A stretch of DNA of 64,000 nucleotides, taken from positions 106-64,105 of the forward strand of contig DDAM01000012.1 of the NCBI GenBank assembly GCA_002332905.1. The letters run 5' to 3'. Shown here one piece after another: positions 28,808-38,813 of this stretch. How positions within the stretch are numbered: the first letter of the stretch is position 1; each line of letters begins with the position of its first letter. Both the position numbers and the translations under genes were made by a program. This DNA is from Firmicutes bacterium UBA2058 (lineage in GTDB: Bacteria; Bacillota; Clostridia; Tissierellales; Sedimentibacteraceae). The notes below the pieces were generated by a model. The model was given only the letters and a program-made list of their open reading frames with translations. It had not been told where the DNA came from and searched no databases.

Positions 28808-29698
28808 TTATAGTCTGTTGAAAATCATTTGCCTTAACTGTTCAATACTGTTTATCTCATGAATATTACCTATATTATCCTTTATAATATTAAACCCAAA
28901 ATCATGAATTAATAAACCGTATAGACATATTTCTGTCAGCTCATATTTATCATAATCTTTAAAAAATCCTTTAAGATAAGGCTTTTCAAATTTAAAAGCA
29001 TCACAAATAAGTCCTGCATATTCTAATTCAATTGGTGCTATTAATGCATCTGCAAAATCTATAATACATATTTCGTTATTAGGTGACAATATAATATTGT
29101 CAGGATTCAAATCACCGTGAACATAAACCATTTCTCTTTTTGATTGCTTGTTTATATATTCCATGCGCTGAGTTGTAAATTCTAAGCCGAAATTTTTCCA
29201 TCTATCTTCTGCTTTTTCACCAAACAAAACATGATTATTAAAGCTTTTGCATTTTATATCCAGTATATCCGTAAAATTTCTTAACTGTTTGCCAATACTT
29301 ATCTTTTCTAGATTACTTAACCTATTAAAAGCTTCAGATAAGGGTTTTCCATCAACATATTCCATTATCAGATATCTGAATACATACTTATCCTTAACTT
29401 CTCCACTCCCAATAAGCTTTGGCGTAGGCACCCCAAAATCATTCGCTCTTGAAATTCCAAACTGTTCAGTAATATAATCTATTTCATCACCAATTTCAGA
29501 CTCTAAAGGTGCAAATATTTTTATAATATAATCATCAATTTTAAAAACAGCATTTGAACCCGGTATGCAATTCTCTACTCGTTTAAATTTAATGTTATGT
29601 TTGATAAGTATATGTTCAATCAAAGGTAAAAAATAATTTATTGATTGAAATACCTTTCCCCATGATTCTAAATTTTCAATATCATATTTAAATAACAT
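28808..29698 (-). CDS. APH/choline-kinase-like phosphotransferase
   Basis: IIKIF, HGDLNPDNI, IIDFAD. Confidence 0.88.
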   Translation of the reverse strand: MLFKYDIENLESWGKVFQSINYFLPLIEHILIKHNIKFKRVENCIPGSNAVFKIDDYIIKIFAPLESEIGDEIDYITEQFGISRANDFGVPTPKLIGSGEVKDKYVFRYLIMEYVDGKPLSEAFNRLSNLEKISIGKQLRNFTDILDIKCKSFNNHVLFGEKAEDRWKNFGLEFTTQRMEYINKQSKREMVYVHGDLNPDNIILSPNNEICIIDFADALIAPIELEYAGLICDAFKFEKPYLKGFFKDYDKYELTEICLYGLLIHDFGFNIIKDNIGNIHEINSIEQLRQMIFNRL

Positions 29699-29699
29699 A

Positions 29700-30005
29700 T
29701 TAGATTAATTCCTCTTCTCTCATCCTGTTAAGAGAGTTCTCGATTGATATTTGTAATTCTTCTTCAACATTATAGTAAATTACAAGCTGAATTAACGCGT
29801 TAATAGCTTGTTTAATCTCATTAGCCATAGTTTGTTTTTGTGGCATCCCGTATTTTTGTAATTTAATTCCGCTATTTTCAAAATGATTTACTTCTTTTGC
29901 TACCTCACCACATTCCTCCAATATTCTTGTTACTATTTGATAAGGATCATTTCCATTAGGAAATCTTGCTGTATATCCTTTAGCTAACAAATACAATTGA
30001 TCCAT
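29700..30005 (-). CDS. MazG-like all-alpha NTP pyrophosphohydrolase
   Basis: RILEECGEVAKEV motif. Confidence 0.65.
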   Translation of the reverse strand: MDQLYLLAKGYTARFPNGNDPYQIVTRILEECGEVAKEVNHFENSGIKLQKYGMPQKQTMANEIKQAINALIQLVIYYNVEEELQISIENSLNRMREEELI

Positions 30006-30056
30006 TATAAAACCTCCAAAAATTTAATATACGAAGCTTAATATCTAATTTTTTCT

Positions 30057-30926
30057 TTATATTAATTTATCAATTAATTTTTGTATTCTATATGTACAAT
30101 CCTGTTCTCTTGTACTTTTTCTTCTCCAATTATCAGAAAGGGGAAAATAAATTTTATCATTTACTTCACTACCCATATCCCACTTTCCATTATTATTACG
30201 ATTGTCATTGAGCCATTCAACAACAAAGTATAATTTATCACGACTATATCTGTAATTAGAAAGTAGTTCAATAGCACTAATATACCTACTTGCTTCTCTT
30301 GACATAAAAAGTTTTGGCAATTGTGAAATAGGTTTATCATAAATATAATAAATGCTGTTTTTATGATTGATTACATAATCAATCATAATCTTTTCAATTT
30401 CTTCATCCAGCATATTACATAAAATTGAAATTTGATAAAAAGAAACAAAATCTACTAAACGTCCACCTCGAGGTTTTTCTCCAAATATTTCACAATAAGC
30501 GTTGATATAATCATTATGATTATATCTGCCAGATGAAAAGGCATTTGTAATTATCTCTGCCCACTTACTTGCGACCTTGTATGCAATTTCATCAAATGAA
30601 GTGAATTTTCTAATCCATGTTGAGAGCATAAGCTCAGTGAAGATATCCCAATTGTGAGTTTTCTCTCTTCTATCAGGTATAGCTTTTTTACCTCTTAAGC
30701 AATCAATCATATATTCTACCGATTTTTGAATAGAAATATCAGTTATAGTATAACCTAAAATATACAGTCTTCGTAGAGCCTGTTCTGTTGAAATTGGAGA
30801 TTTACTAGATGTACTTAATGTGTGAAAATGCCCCCACGCACCCTCAGTGTCTTGCAAAGCTATAATGCCCTTAGCCCATTTGGTATCTTTATACAAACTA
30901 ATCACCTCATCTTTATACATATCCAC
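30057..30926 (-). CDS. Hypothetical protein (prenyltransferase/squalene-cyclase repeat-like)
   Basis: LQDTEGAWG and NNNGKW QW-like motifs. Confidence 0.5.
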   Translation of the reverse strand: MDMYKDEVISLYKDTKWAKGIIALQDTEGAWGHFHTLSTSSKSPISTEQALRRLYILGYTITDISIQKSVEYMIDCLRGKKAIPDRREKTHNWDIFTELMLSTWIRKFTSFDEIAYKVASKWAEIITNAFSSGRYNHNDYINAYCEIFGEKPRGGRLVDFVSFYQISILCNMLDEEIEKIMIDYVINHKNSIYYIYDKPISQLPKLFMSREASRYISAIELLSNYRYSRDKLYFVVEWLNDNRNNNGKWDMGSEVNDKIYFPLSDNWRRKSTREQDCTYRIQKLIDKLI

Positions 30927-31001
30927 AATATAAATAAAATGAATATTTTTCTAATTTTACAGCTAAAAATACTCACTTTTTTTACATTTTTAATATTAAA
31001 A

Positions 31002-31265
31002 TTATGACTTAATAATTTTTCTTTCGTTATACTCTCTTTCTTTTCTTTCCCTAATATTTTCTTCAGCATTTTCTACTAATATTCCTAAACCATAAAAAGG
31101 AAATACTGAAATTAAACAAGTTACCATTAAATATATTGATGCTGAAATTCCTTCTATATCTCCCGCTGAAAAAGATATTACTAACCACAAAATAGATAAT
31201 ATCATACCTATAATAAATAATATTTTCGCTATCTTTTGTATCTTTTTACCACATTCAGTAAACAT
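31002..31265 (-). CDS. Small membrane protein
   Basis: Two hydrophobic helices; GAGGGG RBS. Confidence 0.65.
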   Translation of the reverse strand: MFTECGKKIQKIAKILFIIGMILSILWLVISFSAGDIEGISASIYLMVTCLISVFPFYGLGILVENAEENIRERKEREYNERKIIKS

Positions 31266-31324
31266 AATTTGTCCCCTCTCTAAATTTATATCGATTATTT
31301 CACAAAATATATTTTTTAACTATG

Positions 31325-32407
31325 CTAATAATTTTGCATACGGATTTTTTGTGTTTTATAATCATACATCCAACCATCATATTTATATCCGTCAGGTATA
31401 CGTAAATAACAGCCGATATTTTCACCACGTTTACGCTTAGTTACTCCCGATATATTATTATTGTTAATATTTCCCTCTCCAACAGTTAGATTTTCGCCAT
31501 CAACAGACAGTACAATTCCAATATGATCGTACCACGGAGTATTTTCAGGTTTGTTTTCCTTTGGAATGATATTATCGTAAATTATAATATCACCTCTTGA
31601 CGGTGTAAACCCGTCTTGTTCCCTAAAGCAAAAACCATTTTTCTCTCCCCATCTAAGCCAACCTGCTACACAGGCAAAGCGAGTATTAGCCATAGGCTCA
31701 AATCTAATAGGTATCTCAAGCCCTGCCTTTACTGCACAATAGTAAACAAAAGCCGCACACCATGCATTTTTCAGCTCATCAAATGCAGATTCTTCAGGAT
31801 AAAATTTGATAATATCCATAAATTCATAATATGACTTTTCACCATGTATATTTTTTTGTGCAAACTCTTCAGCAATATTTCCAAGCGTAATACGGCTAAA
31901 TGAGTTTGAGTTTTTCGCTTTTGAATGTGATGGCAATTTACTGATTGAAAGATTAAGCTCTTTTTGCACTTCAATCAGTCTTTCACATACAAAATAATCA
32001 CTTGTCACATCAAACAACCAATGTTGAAGTACATCCGCATCCTTTAGAATTTCATCATATTCGTCATGAATATGCTCCTTATCAGAATGATGAAATATTG
32101 CTGACTTAATTAAAGTTTGTTCTTCATCTGTAAAATCATCCTTTAATTCATGTTTAAAAGCAACTCTTATCATTTCCGCTCCATTGATAGAATGGTGTTT
32201 GCGCACACCTGTCTTATAAGCATACACATCGTGAAGTAAACCGCAAACGAAGGCAAGTTCAGAATTTAGTCCACGCTTTACAGCAAGCAATGAACAGCAC
32301 TGTGCAACACCGTATGAGTGAATAAAAGCTACCTTTCTCTCGTCGCTATTTGATATGTTAAAAAAAATATCATCAATATATTGCATTATCTTTTCAATTC
32401 TACTCAT
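31325..32407 (-). CDS. HD domain + CHAP domain fusion protein
   Basis: HSYGV/LLHD/KDAD; AWCAAFV, GDIIIY, HIGIV, EGN; AGGAG RBS before ATG 32407. Confidence 0.8.
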   Translation of the reverse strand: MSRIEKIMQYIDDIFFNISNSDERKVAFIHSYGVAQCCSLLAVKRGLNSELAFVCGLLHDVYAYKTGVRKHHSINGAEMIRVAFKHELKDDFTDEEQTLIKSAIFHHSDKEHIHDEYDEILKDADVLQHWLFDVTSDYFVCERLIEVQKELNLSISKLPSHSKAKNSNSFSRITLGNIAEEFAQKNIHGEKSYYEFMDIIKFYPEESAFDELKNAWCAAFVYYCAVKAGLEIPIRFEPMANTRFACVAGWLRWGEKNGFCFREQDGFTPSRGDIIIYDNIIPKENKPENTPWYDHIGIVLSVDGENLTVGEGNINNNNISGVTKRKRGENIGCYLRIPDGYKYDGWMYDYKTQKIRMQNY

Positions 32408-32448
32408 TTTTTCTCCTTTTGTGAAAGCTATAACACCCACATTAATCT

Positions 32449-32690
32449 CTAATTTAGTATAAAATAATAAGTATTTAAAATTTCCATTGTTTTAGATGAT
32501 GAAACAAGAATAATATTACTTACATGTTCACAAGCATAGTCTTTATGCCTAGTGATTAAATGTCCTGCATCAAAGTGATCAGAATAAGCGTGTGTTTGCA
32601 AGATATATTTTATCGCGGAGATGTCAACGTTGTATTCCATGCAGGCATTAACTGCATCCGGTCCTAAATCAATAAACAAATCATCATACA
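32449..32690 (-). pseudogene. Internal fragment of an MBL-fold hydrolase (PhnP-like)
   Basis: LFIDLGPD ... LQTHAYSDHFD (degenerate THxHxDH); lacks both ends. Confidence 0.65.
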
Positions 32691-33433
32691 GGCAAAGAAG
32701 AAATAAGTATACATCCAAGTAACAAGCTTATTATATTTGCAACAAAAGCATATGTAACTGCTCTGCCTTTTTTATGCTCTTTTAATATAGCGGCAAACAA
32801 AATAGCTTCAACAATAAAAATAATAATTTCATAAAAAACTAAACCAAATATCCAATAAGCAGTTAAATTTGGGCCACTCAACAAAATATTCAAAGCTCCC
32901 TGCGTAAATAGATTAACACAAAGAAAAGTTATCCAGCTAGATTTTTTTCTATATCTAAATATAAAGAAAATCAAACCCTCGATTAGCAATGTTAGAGTAA
33001 CACGCATAGCTATTAGAAGTGGGGTTCGATATGGGAACTGACCTAAAACAACTTTTTGGCTGTTAAAATCCAATGTTAACAAATTGTTATAACGATTAAA
33101 TGTTGATACTGGCAGTTTACATTCAAAACTTTTTTCACCTGATTCAACAATTAATTTAGCATCTTCATTTAATGATGCACCTGAAGTGTTAGCCATACCA
33201 TAGAAAAAACGATAATATGTTTCCCATGCTTTTTGATCTTTTTTCAGCAAAATAGCCTCCGTCTCATTCCCGTCAGCAAAACTTATAGATAAAGTTAAGT
33301 CTTTAGGCGGAAAAGATACAATAACTGTTAAGCAAGGTGGCTCTGCTGAATTAGCATAAGCTATTGTTGAAAATACTAAAGTGATTATTAAAAAAACTAG
33401 AAAAATAGTTGATATCTTTTGTAATTGTTTCAT
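32684..33433 (-). CDS. Exported/membrane protein
   Basis: Signal peptide ending AYA-NSAEPP; several C-terminal TM helices. Confidence 0.7.
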   Translation of the reverse strand: MKQLQKISTIFLVFLIITLVFSTIAYANSAEPPCLTVIVSFPPKDLTLSISFADGNETEAILLKKDQKAWETYYRFFYGMANTSGASLNEDAKLIVESGEKSFECKLPVSTFNRYNNLLTLDFNSQKVVLGQFPYRTPLLIAMRVTLTLLIEGLIFFIFRYRKKSSWITFLCVNLFTQGALNILLSGPNLTAYWIFGLVFYEIIIFIVEAILFAAILKEHKKGRAVTYAFVANIISLLLGCILISSLPV

Positions 33434-33672
33434 TTACACTACCTCCTATAAGTTAATATACATTTTTTAACTCATTTTCATTGATTCATTAATATGTATT
33501 TTAATGCATTAATTATTACTACTTTATTACTTAACTACCCAAAATACATGCTGTTATCCACTTCTACATATTTATTAGGACACAACCTTAAAATGCGATT
33601 GTTATTTAGTTTTAAGGATACATCCCCAAATACAGGAATAATTTTTATCAAAACGAAATTTTATTTGCTCAG

Positions 33673-34041
33673 TTAAGCAAAAAGACACCAACGAACACCA
33701 AATTTATCGATAAAATCAGCCATGCATGAACTATAAAAAGATGGACCCAATGGGAACAATATTTGAGCTCCTTCTTTTAATATCTCATATGCTTTTTCAA
33801 CTTTTTCTTTTTCAGATTCTTCAAAATGCAAGCAAAATTGCATAGTGTTACCAGATATTTTCTCATCTTCCTCTGATTCTGATAGTGCTAATATTTGTCC
33901 ATAGACATTTAACTCAGCATGTAAATAGCTTCCATCATCATTTTTATATTCGCTTACCAAATTGGCATCAAAAGCACTTTGATAGAGTTTGACAGCTTCA
34001 CTACTTCCCTTAATATACACCTGCATCATTGATCTCAGCAT
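33673..34041 (-). CDS. VOC/PhnB-like glyoxalase family protein
   Basis: AVKLYQSAF, HAEL, DKFGVRW; AGGAGG RBS. Confidence 0.85.
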   Translation of the reverse strand: MLRSMMQVYIKGSSEAVKLYQSAFDANLVSEYKNDDGSYLHAELNVYGQILALSESEEDEKISGNTMQFCLHFEESEKEKVEKAYEILKEGAQILFPLGPSFYSSCMADFIDKFGVRWCLFA

Positions 34042-34166
34042 ATATAAAATACCTCCTATTTTTATATAATCTTTAATAACATAGTAACTCATTCCCAACA
34101 AGCGTTAATTTACCTAAATATACCATTCATAAGTGAAAAAGGCAATCCTTTAATATTTTTGTCTAT

Positions 34167-35345
34167 CTAATGTAATCCAATTTGATAATTAAACAGATTA
34201 AGCATTTTAGAGCTATCTACAATATTTAAATTTTTAAATGTAATAATTTCTTCTGCTAAGAAAAAGTAATAGTACACAACCACATCTCTTAACAGCTTAC
34301 TGCCAAGGTCTGCTGCATCACCGAATATATGATGCATGGTTGTTCCTCCAAAAATTTCATCTAGTTTGGAATTTTCGATTGGAACTGAGAAATAATTATT
34401 ACACTCTTCAGGTGGTGCATATATTGTAAAATCCAAACCAGTATAATTTAAATCACTCATTTTTTTACGCTTATCATTGTAATAATCAAAATTTAATATT
34501 TCTTGAATTATTTCATAAATTTCTAAATAGCTTGATAGCGAAAAATATGCATGTAAATGAGTGTCTTTCAAAAAGAAGATACATGCTTGAACTTTAAGAG
34601 CTGTCTCATGTTCACACTTTTTTAGAACATGCATATATAAATTATACTGTTTTTCCTCAGCAATGGTGAGATTATCTTCATTTTGTATCTTTTCTAATAT
34701 GTTAGATAAATTATCCTTTATTTTATGTATTCGCTTGTCATTTATAGCAATTTGAAATGCTTCAGTACATTCGTTGATATACCATTTTCTTAATAAATTT
34801 TTTGTTTTAACAGACAAAGGTTTAACTTTATTATCCTCATTTAAATCAAAATTAAAGCAATAAATTTCACTATTATCTATGTTTCTAGGAAATGTTACTT
34901 TTTGTCTATTTCCAGGAAATTCGGGTTTTTTTCGAGGATTCTCCTTATCGCTCACTCCAAGAAGTAATTTTTTCGTTGCAATTTCTTCGGTTGCACCGTA
35001 TAAGTCAATATAAATTTTTGCTGATAGTAAGCCATTTGGAACTACTTCAGCAATTCGTACAGGAATTAGATTTCTATTTGCTCCAGTTGGGTCGGTATTG
35101 AAAATGGCCGCCCATTCAGGCTTACAATACTCGGATGACAGATAGTCTTCTGACAAAACAAGCAGAGTTTTTTTACAACACAATAGAGCATTTTGCATTT
35201 CCAATATAAAATTATTACCTGGTTTAAAATCCCATGCTTGAATAATAGTTGAATAACCATTTTCTTCCAATATGCCAGCGATCCATTTTGCCCACTGTTT
35301 GTCTTCTTTGTTGTAACTTATAAAGAAATCGCATTCTGTATTCAT
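34167..35345 (-). CDS. TIR-domain protein with uncharacterised C-terminal domain
   Basis: DFFISYNKEDKQWAKWIA, QAWDFKPG, LSEDYLSSEYCKPEW, LIPVR. Confidence 0.88.
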   Translation of the reverse strand: MNTECDFFISYNKEDKQWAKWIAGILEENGYSTIIQAWDFKPGNNFILEMQNALLCCKKTLLVLSEDYLSSEYCKPEWAAIFNTDPTGANRNLIPVRIAEVVPNGLLSAKIYIDLYGATEEIATKKLLLGVSDKENPRKKPEFPGNRQKVTFPRNIDNSEIYCFNFDLNEDNKVKPLSVKTKNLLRKWYINECTEAFQIAINDKRIHKIKDNLSNILEKIQNEDNLTIAEEKQYNLYMHVLKKCEHETALKVQACIFFLKDTHLHAYFSLSSYLEIYEIIQEILNFDYYNDKRKKMSDLNYTGLDFTIYAPPEECNNYFSVPIENSKLDEIFGGTTMHHIFGDAADLGSKLLRDVVVYYYFFLAEEIITFKNLNIVDSSKMLNLFNYQIGLH

Positions 35346-35577
35346 AACATTCCTCCTCAACATCTTATTTATAAATATATTTTATTATACTATCCTATAT
35401 AAACTTTCAGTTAATTTGTTATCCACAACAAGGCATACCATAATCAAAAACACTATTATATTAATAATCTATATTTATTATATTATATAAATAAAAATTG
35501 TGCAATTTATTCCAATAGAAACTGCACCCAAATCTGTTCCAATTTTTCTTGATTTTCCTTTCATTTCTTAATCTTTG

Positions 35578-35633
35578 AATGTAGCCGTGGAGGTGTTTGT
35601 TTGATTGATGGATTAATTGAATTTATTTTTCCA
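35578..35633 (+). repeat. Exact 56-bp copy of sigK RBS and first 11 codons
   Basis: Identical to 38791-38846. Confidence 0.97.
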
Positions 35634-35820
35634 AAGAGGTTTGAAAAGAATAAACTCTTCCTTCTGTATCAATAGCTAGTAAAATAGCAAAAGTTTTTAA
35701 TATAGAACCTGAAGTTTTATGATGATTATAAAGTTTATTACTGGTAATTATGAAGAACAAATTAATGAGATAAGGCTTAAATTAAATATGACACAAAATG
35801 AATTTGGACAGGCTATGAAT
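35634..35820 (+). pseudogene. Decayed tandem XRE-HTH regulator fragment
   Basis: RFEKNK/TLPSVSIASKIAKVFNIEPE then NYEEQINEIRLKLNMTQNEFG across frameshifts. Confidence 0.6.
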
Positions 35821-35845
35821 AACCTTAAGGTTATTCCTGCATTCA

Positions 35846-36619
35846 TTAATTCAAAGATATTTTTTCATCTTCTGTCATTGTTACAAGTTCAGTAAATGCT
35901 GGTATAAATCCTGCTTTAATCGCTATTTTTTGTGAAACCACATGGGATACTGAAGTTGTATAATAAGGTAAGATATCTAATTCAATAATCTTATTTTTTA
36001 ATGTTGCTACTAATGCAGTTGCTATACCTTGTCCATGATATTCAGGAAGAACATTAATGCCCATTTGCCACATATTAGGTCTATCAGCATTTGCTGCTGC
36101 CATAGCTATAATATTATCATTTTTACTTGCAGTTAGCGCTATCATATCAGGTGCGTTTTGATAAAACAATAGTGCCTCTTCAAAGCGTCTATCGCCCTCA
36201 AAACATTTTAATTCATTTGAATTATACCATTTTAACATAAAATTATTTAAAACATCACAATTAATGTCTTTTATATTATCATTTGGTATATAGAATGTAT
36301 CAAATAATGCAACTCTAATACCAAACTGTTTTAAACCCTCATCAAATTTTCTAGTAATATGATAACTACCTAACCAATTTGAATTAAAATTTGAATATTC
36401 TTTTTCTAACCATTTAATTACTCTTTCATCACTACATCTTGCAACCATTTTATCATTTATACAAATCAAATGCATTTGTGTACGTTCTAGAGTTTCACTT
36501 CGACGCATATTATTATTTCTTCCAGAAATTTTAAAAATGTTCTTTGTGTTTTTTAGTTCCTCTACAGAACAGTCCAAATCAATAGCAAGTTGTTTATACA
36601 TACGTTCTTTATAATTCAT
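35846..36619 (-). CDS. GNAT acetyltransferase
   Basis: WQMGINVLPEYHGQGIA, SQKIAIKAGF. Confidence 0.9.
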   Translation of the reverse strand: MNYKERMYKQLAIDLDCSVEELKNTKNIFKISGRNNNMRRSETLERTQMHLICINDKMVARCSDERVIKWLEKEYSNFNSNWLGSYHITRKFDEGLKQFGIRVALFDTFYIPNDNIKDINCDVLNNFMLKWYNSNELKCFEGDRRFEEALLFYQNAPDMIALTASKNDNIIAMAAANADRPNMWQMGINVLPEYHGQGIATALVATLKNKIIELDILPYYTTSVSHVVSQKIAIKAGFIPAFTELVTMTEDEKISLN

Positions 36620-36739
36620 TTTCCCTCCAAAATAGCAAATTATTTACTTTCATAATACAACTTAGATCAGTTAATTTATACCTTAAACTTTTTTAATAAA
36701 AAAGTTTAAGCCGATACCTATAAGAAGTATCGACTTAAT

Positions 36740-36970
36740 TCTTACTATTTGTTTTTTATTTTATAAATTATACGTTGAATACTTAATATTTATTAGCTAA
36801 GTCATGAATTTTCAATCCATTCTTATAATCAATAAAAATATTATTATTTCTCTCATTTATATCCTGTCTATATCTAGTATTACCACCCCATGTACATCTC
36901 GAATCGGCTTTTCTTGGTATATAAATACACACACCATCTACATAACTTTGTACTAATTCAATTATTTTAA
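36740..36970 (-). pseudogene. CD3324/Mor-like regulator fragment
   Basis: ELVQSYVDGVCIYIPRK...WG...ERN..I...LANKY* then SIQRII; 5' end missing. Confidence 0.65.
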
Positions 36971-37788
36971 TAGTCCTGACGCCAAAGATCATCTTCGTAC
37001 CTGATTTTTGCTGCCATCTGACCATTTATGTAAAAATCGCTATGGAAATCGTCGCTTTTATATATGACATTTGTATTCTTTTTCATATATTGATAAAAAG
37101 CTAAATAAAACTCTTTTGCATTTGTATCCCAAGTAAAAACCTTATCTCTCACCCAATCAATCTCTGGCAGCACACTTAAGTCCGCGGTGAATTTATAATC
37201 GAAGGTGTAAAAATTCATATCAGTTTTAATATGAATTTTTTGAGATTCTTCGACATTTCGGCAGTTACAGTATGTTTTTAAAGTTTTAATAATTTTTGGA
37301 TTCTGTGGATAAGAAACTGTTATAAAGTCATCCTGAATCTTTTTATTTGCATATCCCTCAAAGATAAATCCTATATTTGCTAATCTATCTAATATTAAAT
37401 TATATCGGGACAGTTTCATTTCTTTGATTTTGGATGCTAATACCCGTGCATCTACTTTTAAAACTTCGCCTTTAATCTCACCCGAGCATGAAAGCGCATA
37501 TATAATATCAACCGGTCTGCGAAGCGATTTCCAAGAATCAAGAACAGGTCCAGGGCAAAACAGACCTATCCTACCGTTGTTGCAATCATTTATGTCATAT
37601 AGCAGCACACCATATTCTTCAGGATTTTCTGCTATATCATGATATATAACTCTTGCAAGCTCGGTCAACTCCTTGAAATTATCTCTGAAGTTCTTATCTA
37701 AGCCTTCTCTTAATGGATAGTTTTCTGGTATAGGAAGTATAGAGTTTGCATATTCAATTGCCTGATATTGAGCATGAAATTTATACAT
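36967..37788 (-). CDS. Hypothetical protein, probably 3'-truncated
   Basis: AGGAGG RBS; ends at the junction with the regulator fragment. Confidence 0.6.
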   Translation of the reverse strand: MYKFHAQYQAIEYANSILPIPENYPLREGLDKNFRDNFKELTELARVIYHDIAENPEEYGVLLYDINDCNNGRIGLFCPGPVLDSWKSLRRPVDIIYALSCSGEIKGEVLKVDARVLASKIKEMKLSRYNLILDRLANIGFIFEGYANKKIQDDFITVSYPQNPKIIKTLKTYCNCRNVEESQKIHIKTDMNFYTFDYKFTADLSVLPEIDWVRDKVFTWDTNAKEFYLAFYQYMKKNTNVIYKSDDFHSDFYINGQMAAKIRYEDDLWRQDY

Positions 37789-37825
37789 TTTATTTATCCT
37801 CCTTTGTATAATATATAGAATTTTT

Positions 37826-38305
37826 TTATTGACTTTTACTAGCTGGTTTTAATTTAATAGGAACAAAATATTCAACTTACCTATATCCTAATCCAAGTTT
37901 AAAAGTATCAGGAGTAGTAACATGAAACATGACATAGTGTCCTGGGGTGCTCATTAAGTTCAACTTTATCGTTTTTTTCAACCCACTCTTTTATACCATT
38001 ATAAGCTTTCGTAGCTTCATTTATTTCGAAATCCTGTGCTATAGTGGTCGCATATAGACCGCCTTCGAAATTTATTATTTCAAAATCTTCCGTCTTTATC
38101 GGTCACCCAATCTTCAACAGCATACCACCAAACTGTGCTACCTTTTTCATAATCATACCACATAAAATCCCTTGGAAGAAATGATCTTTTCTCTTTTTAT
38201 CAAGTCGCTCCCACATTTCATTAAATCTTTCGTGGTTATCTCCTTGTTTTACACTAGAGGTCACCATTCTACACGCAGGTAATTCAACAACCCAAACATC
38301 TGGTT
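37826..38305 (-). pseudogene. Degraded GyrI-like effector-binding protein
   Basis: RDFMWYD...WWYAVED...INFEGGLYAT...IKEWVE...FVPIK with frameshifts and a stop. Confidence 0.6.
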
Positions 38306-38813
38306 AAAAAAACTTGCACTAATTCTTTTACCTCTTCATATCATTTGCTTGATTACCTTTTAATGCCAACTATAATTTGCTTTATTTCCTCTTATTGCTT
38401 TTGATAATTCTGTCTGCGTTCCCATGTTGCATTTGTTCCAGATATATCATTATTAATGTATTCGCTTTTTTGGTATTATTTCCTTTTTTTAGTATGCATT
38501 ATTTTCTCTACCAATAACAGCATTTTCTTTTTTTACTTTTTTAGTTCATGCTTTTGTCCTGGACACAGTTTGTAGCAATCATCGCTTATCGACGACTTGC
38601 CCTTTATTAATTTCTTGTTTTAATAGTAATACTGGAATTTTCCTCTACACTTATTTTGCACTATTATTATGATTTTTCACGAATCTCTTAAAACATAAGT
38701 CACCCTTAAGATTCTGATTCTAGTGTAATTATTTTTTCCTTGAAATATATTGGTACAAACAAGTTTTCTGTCCCTCTTACATATAATTATAATGTAGCCG
38801 TGGAGGTGTTTGT

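Noticed and set aside
22452..38790. Integron with attC sites
   Set aside because: No tyrosine integrase in the window and no recurring attC-like repeat seen between the genes
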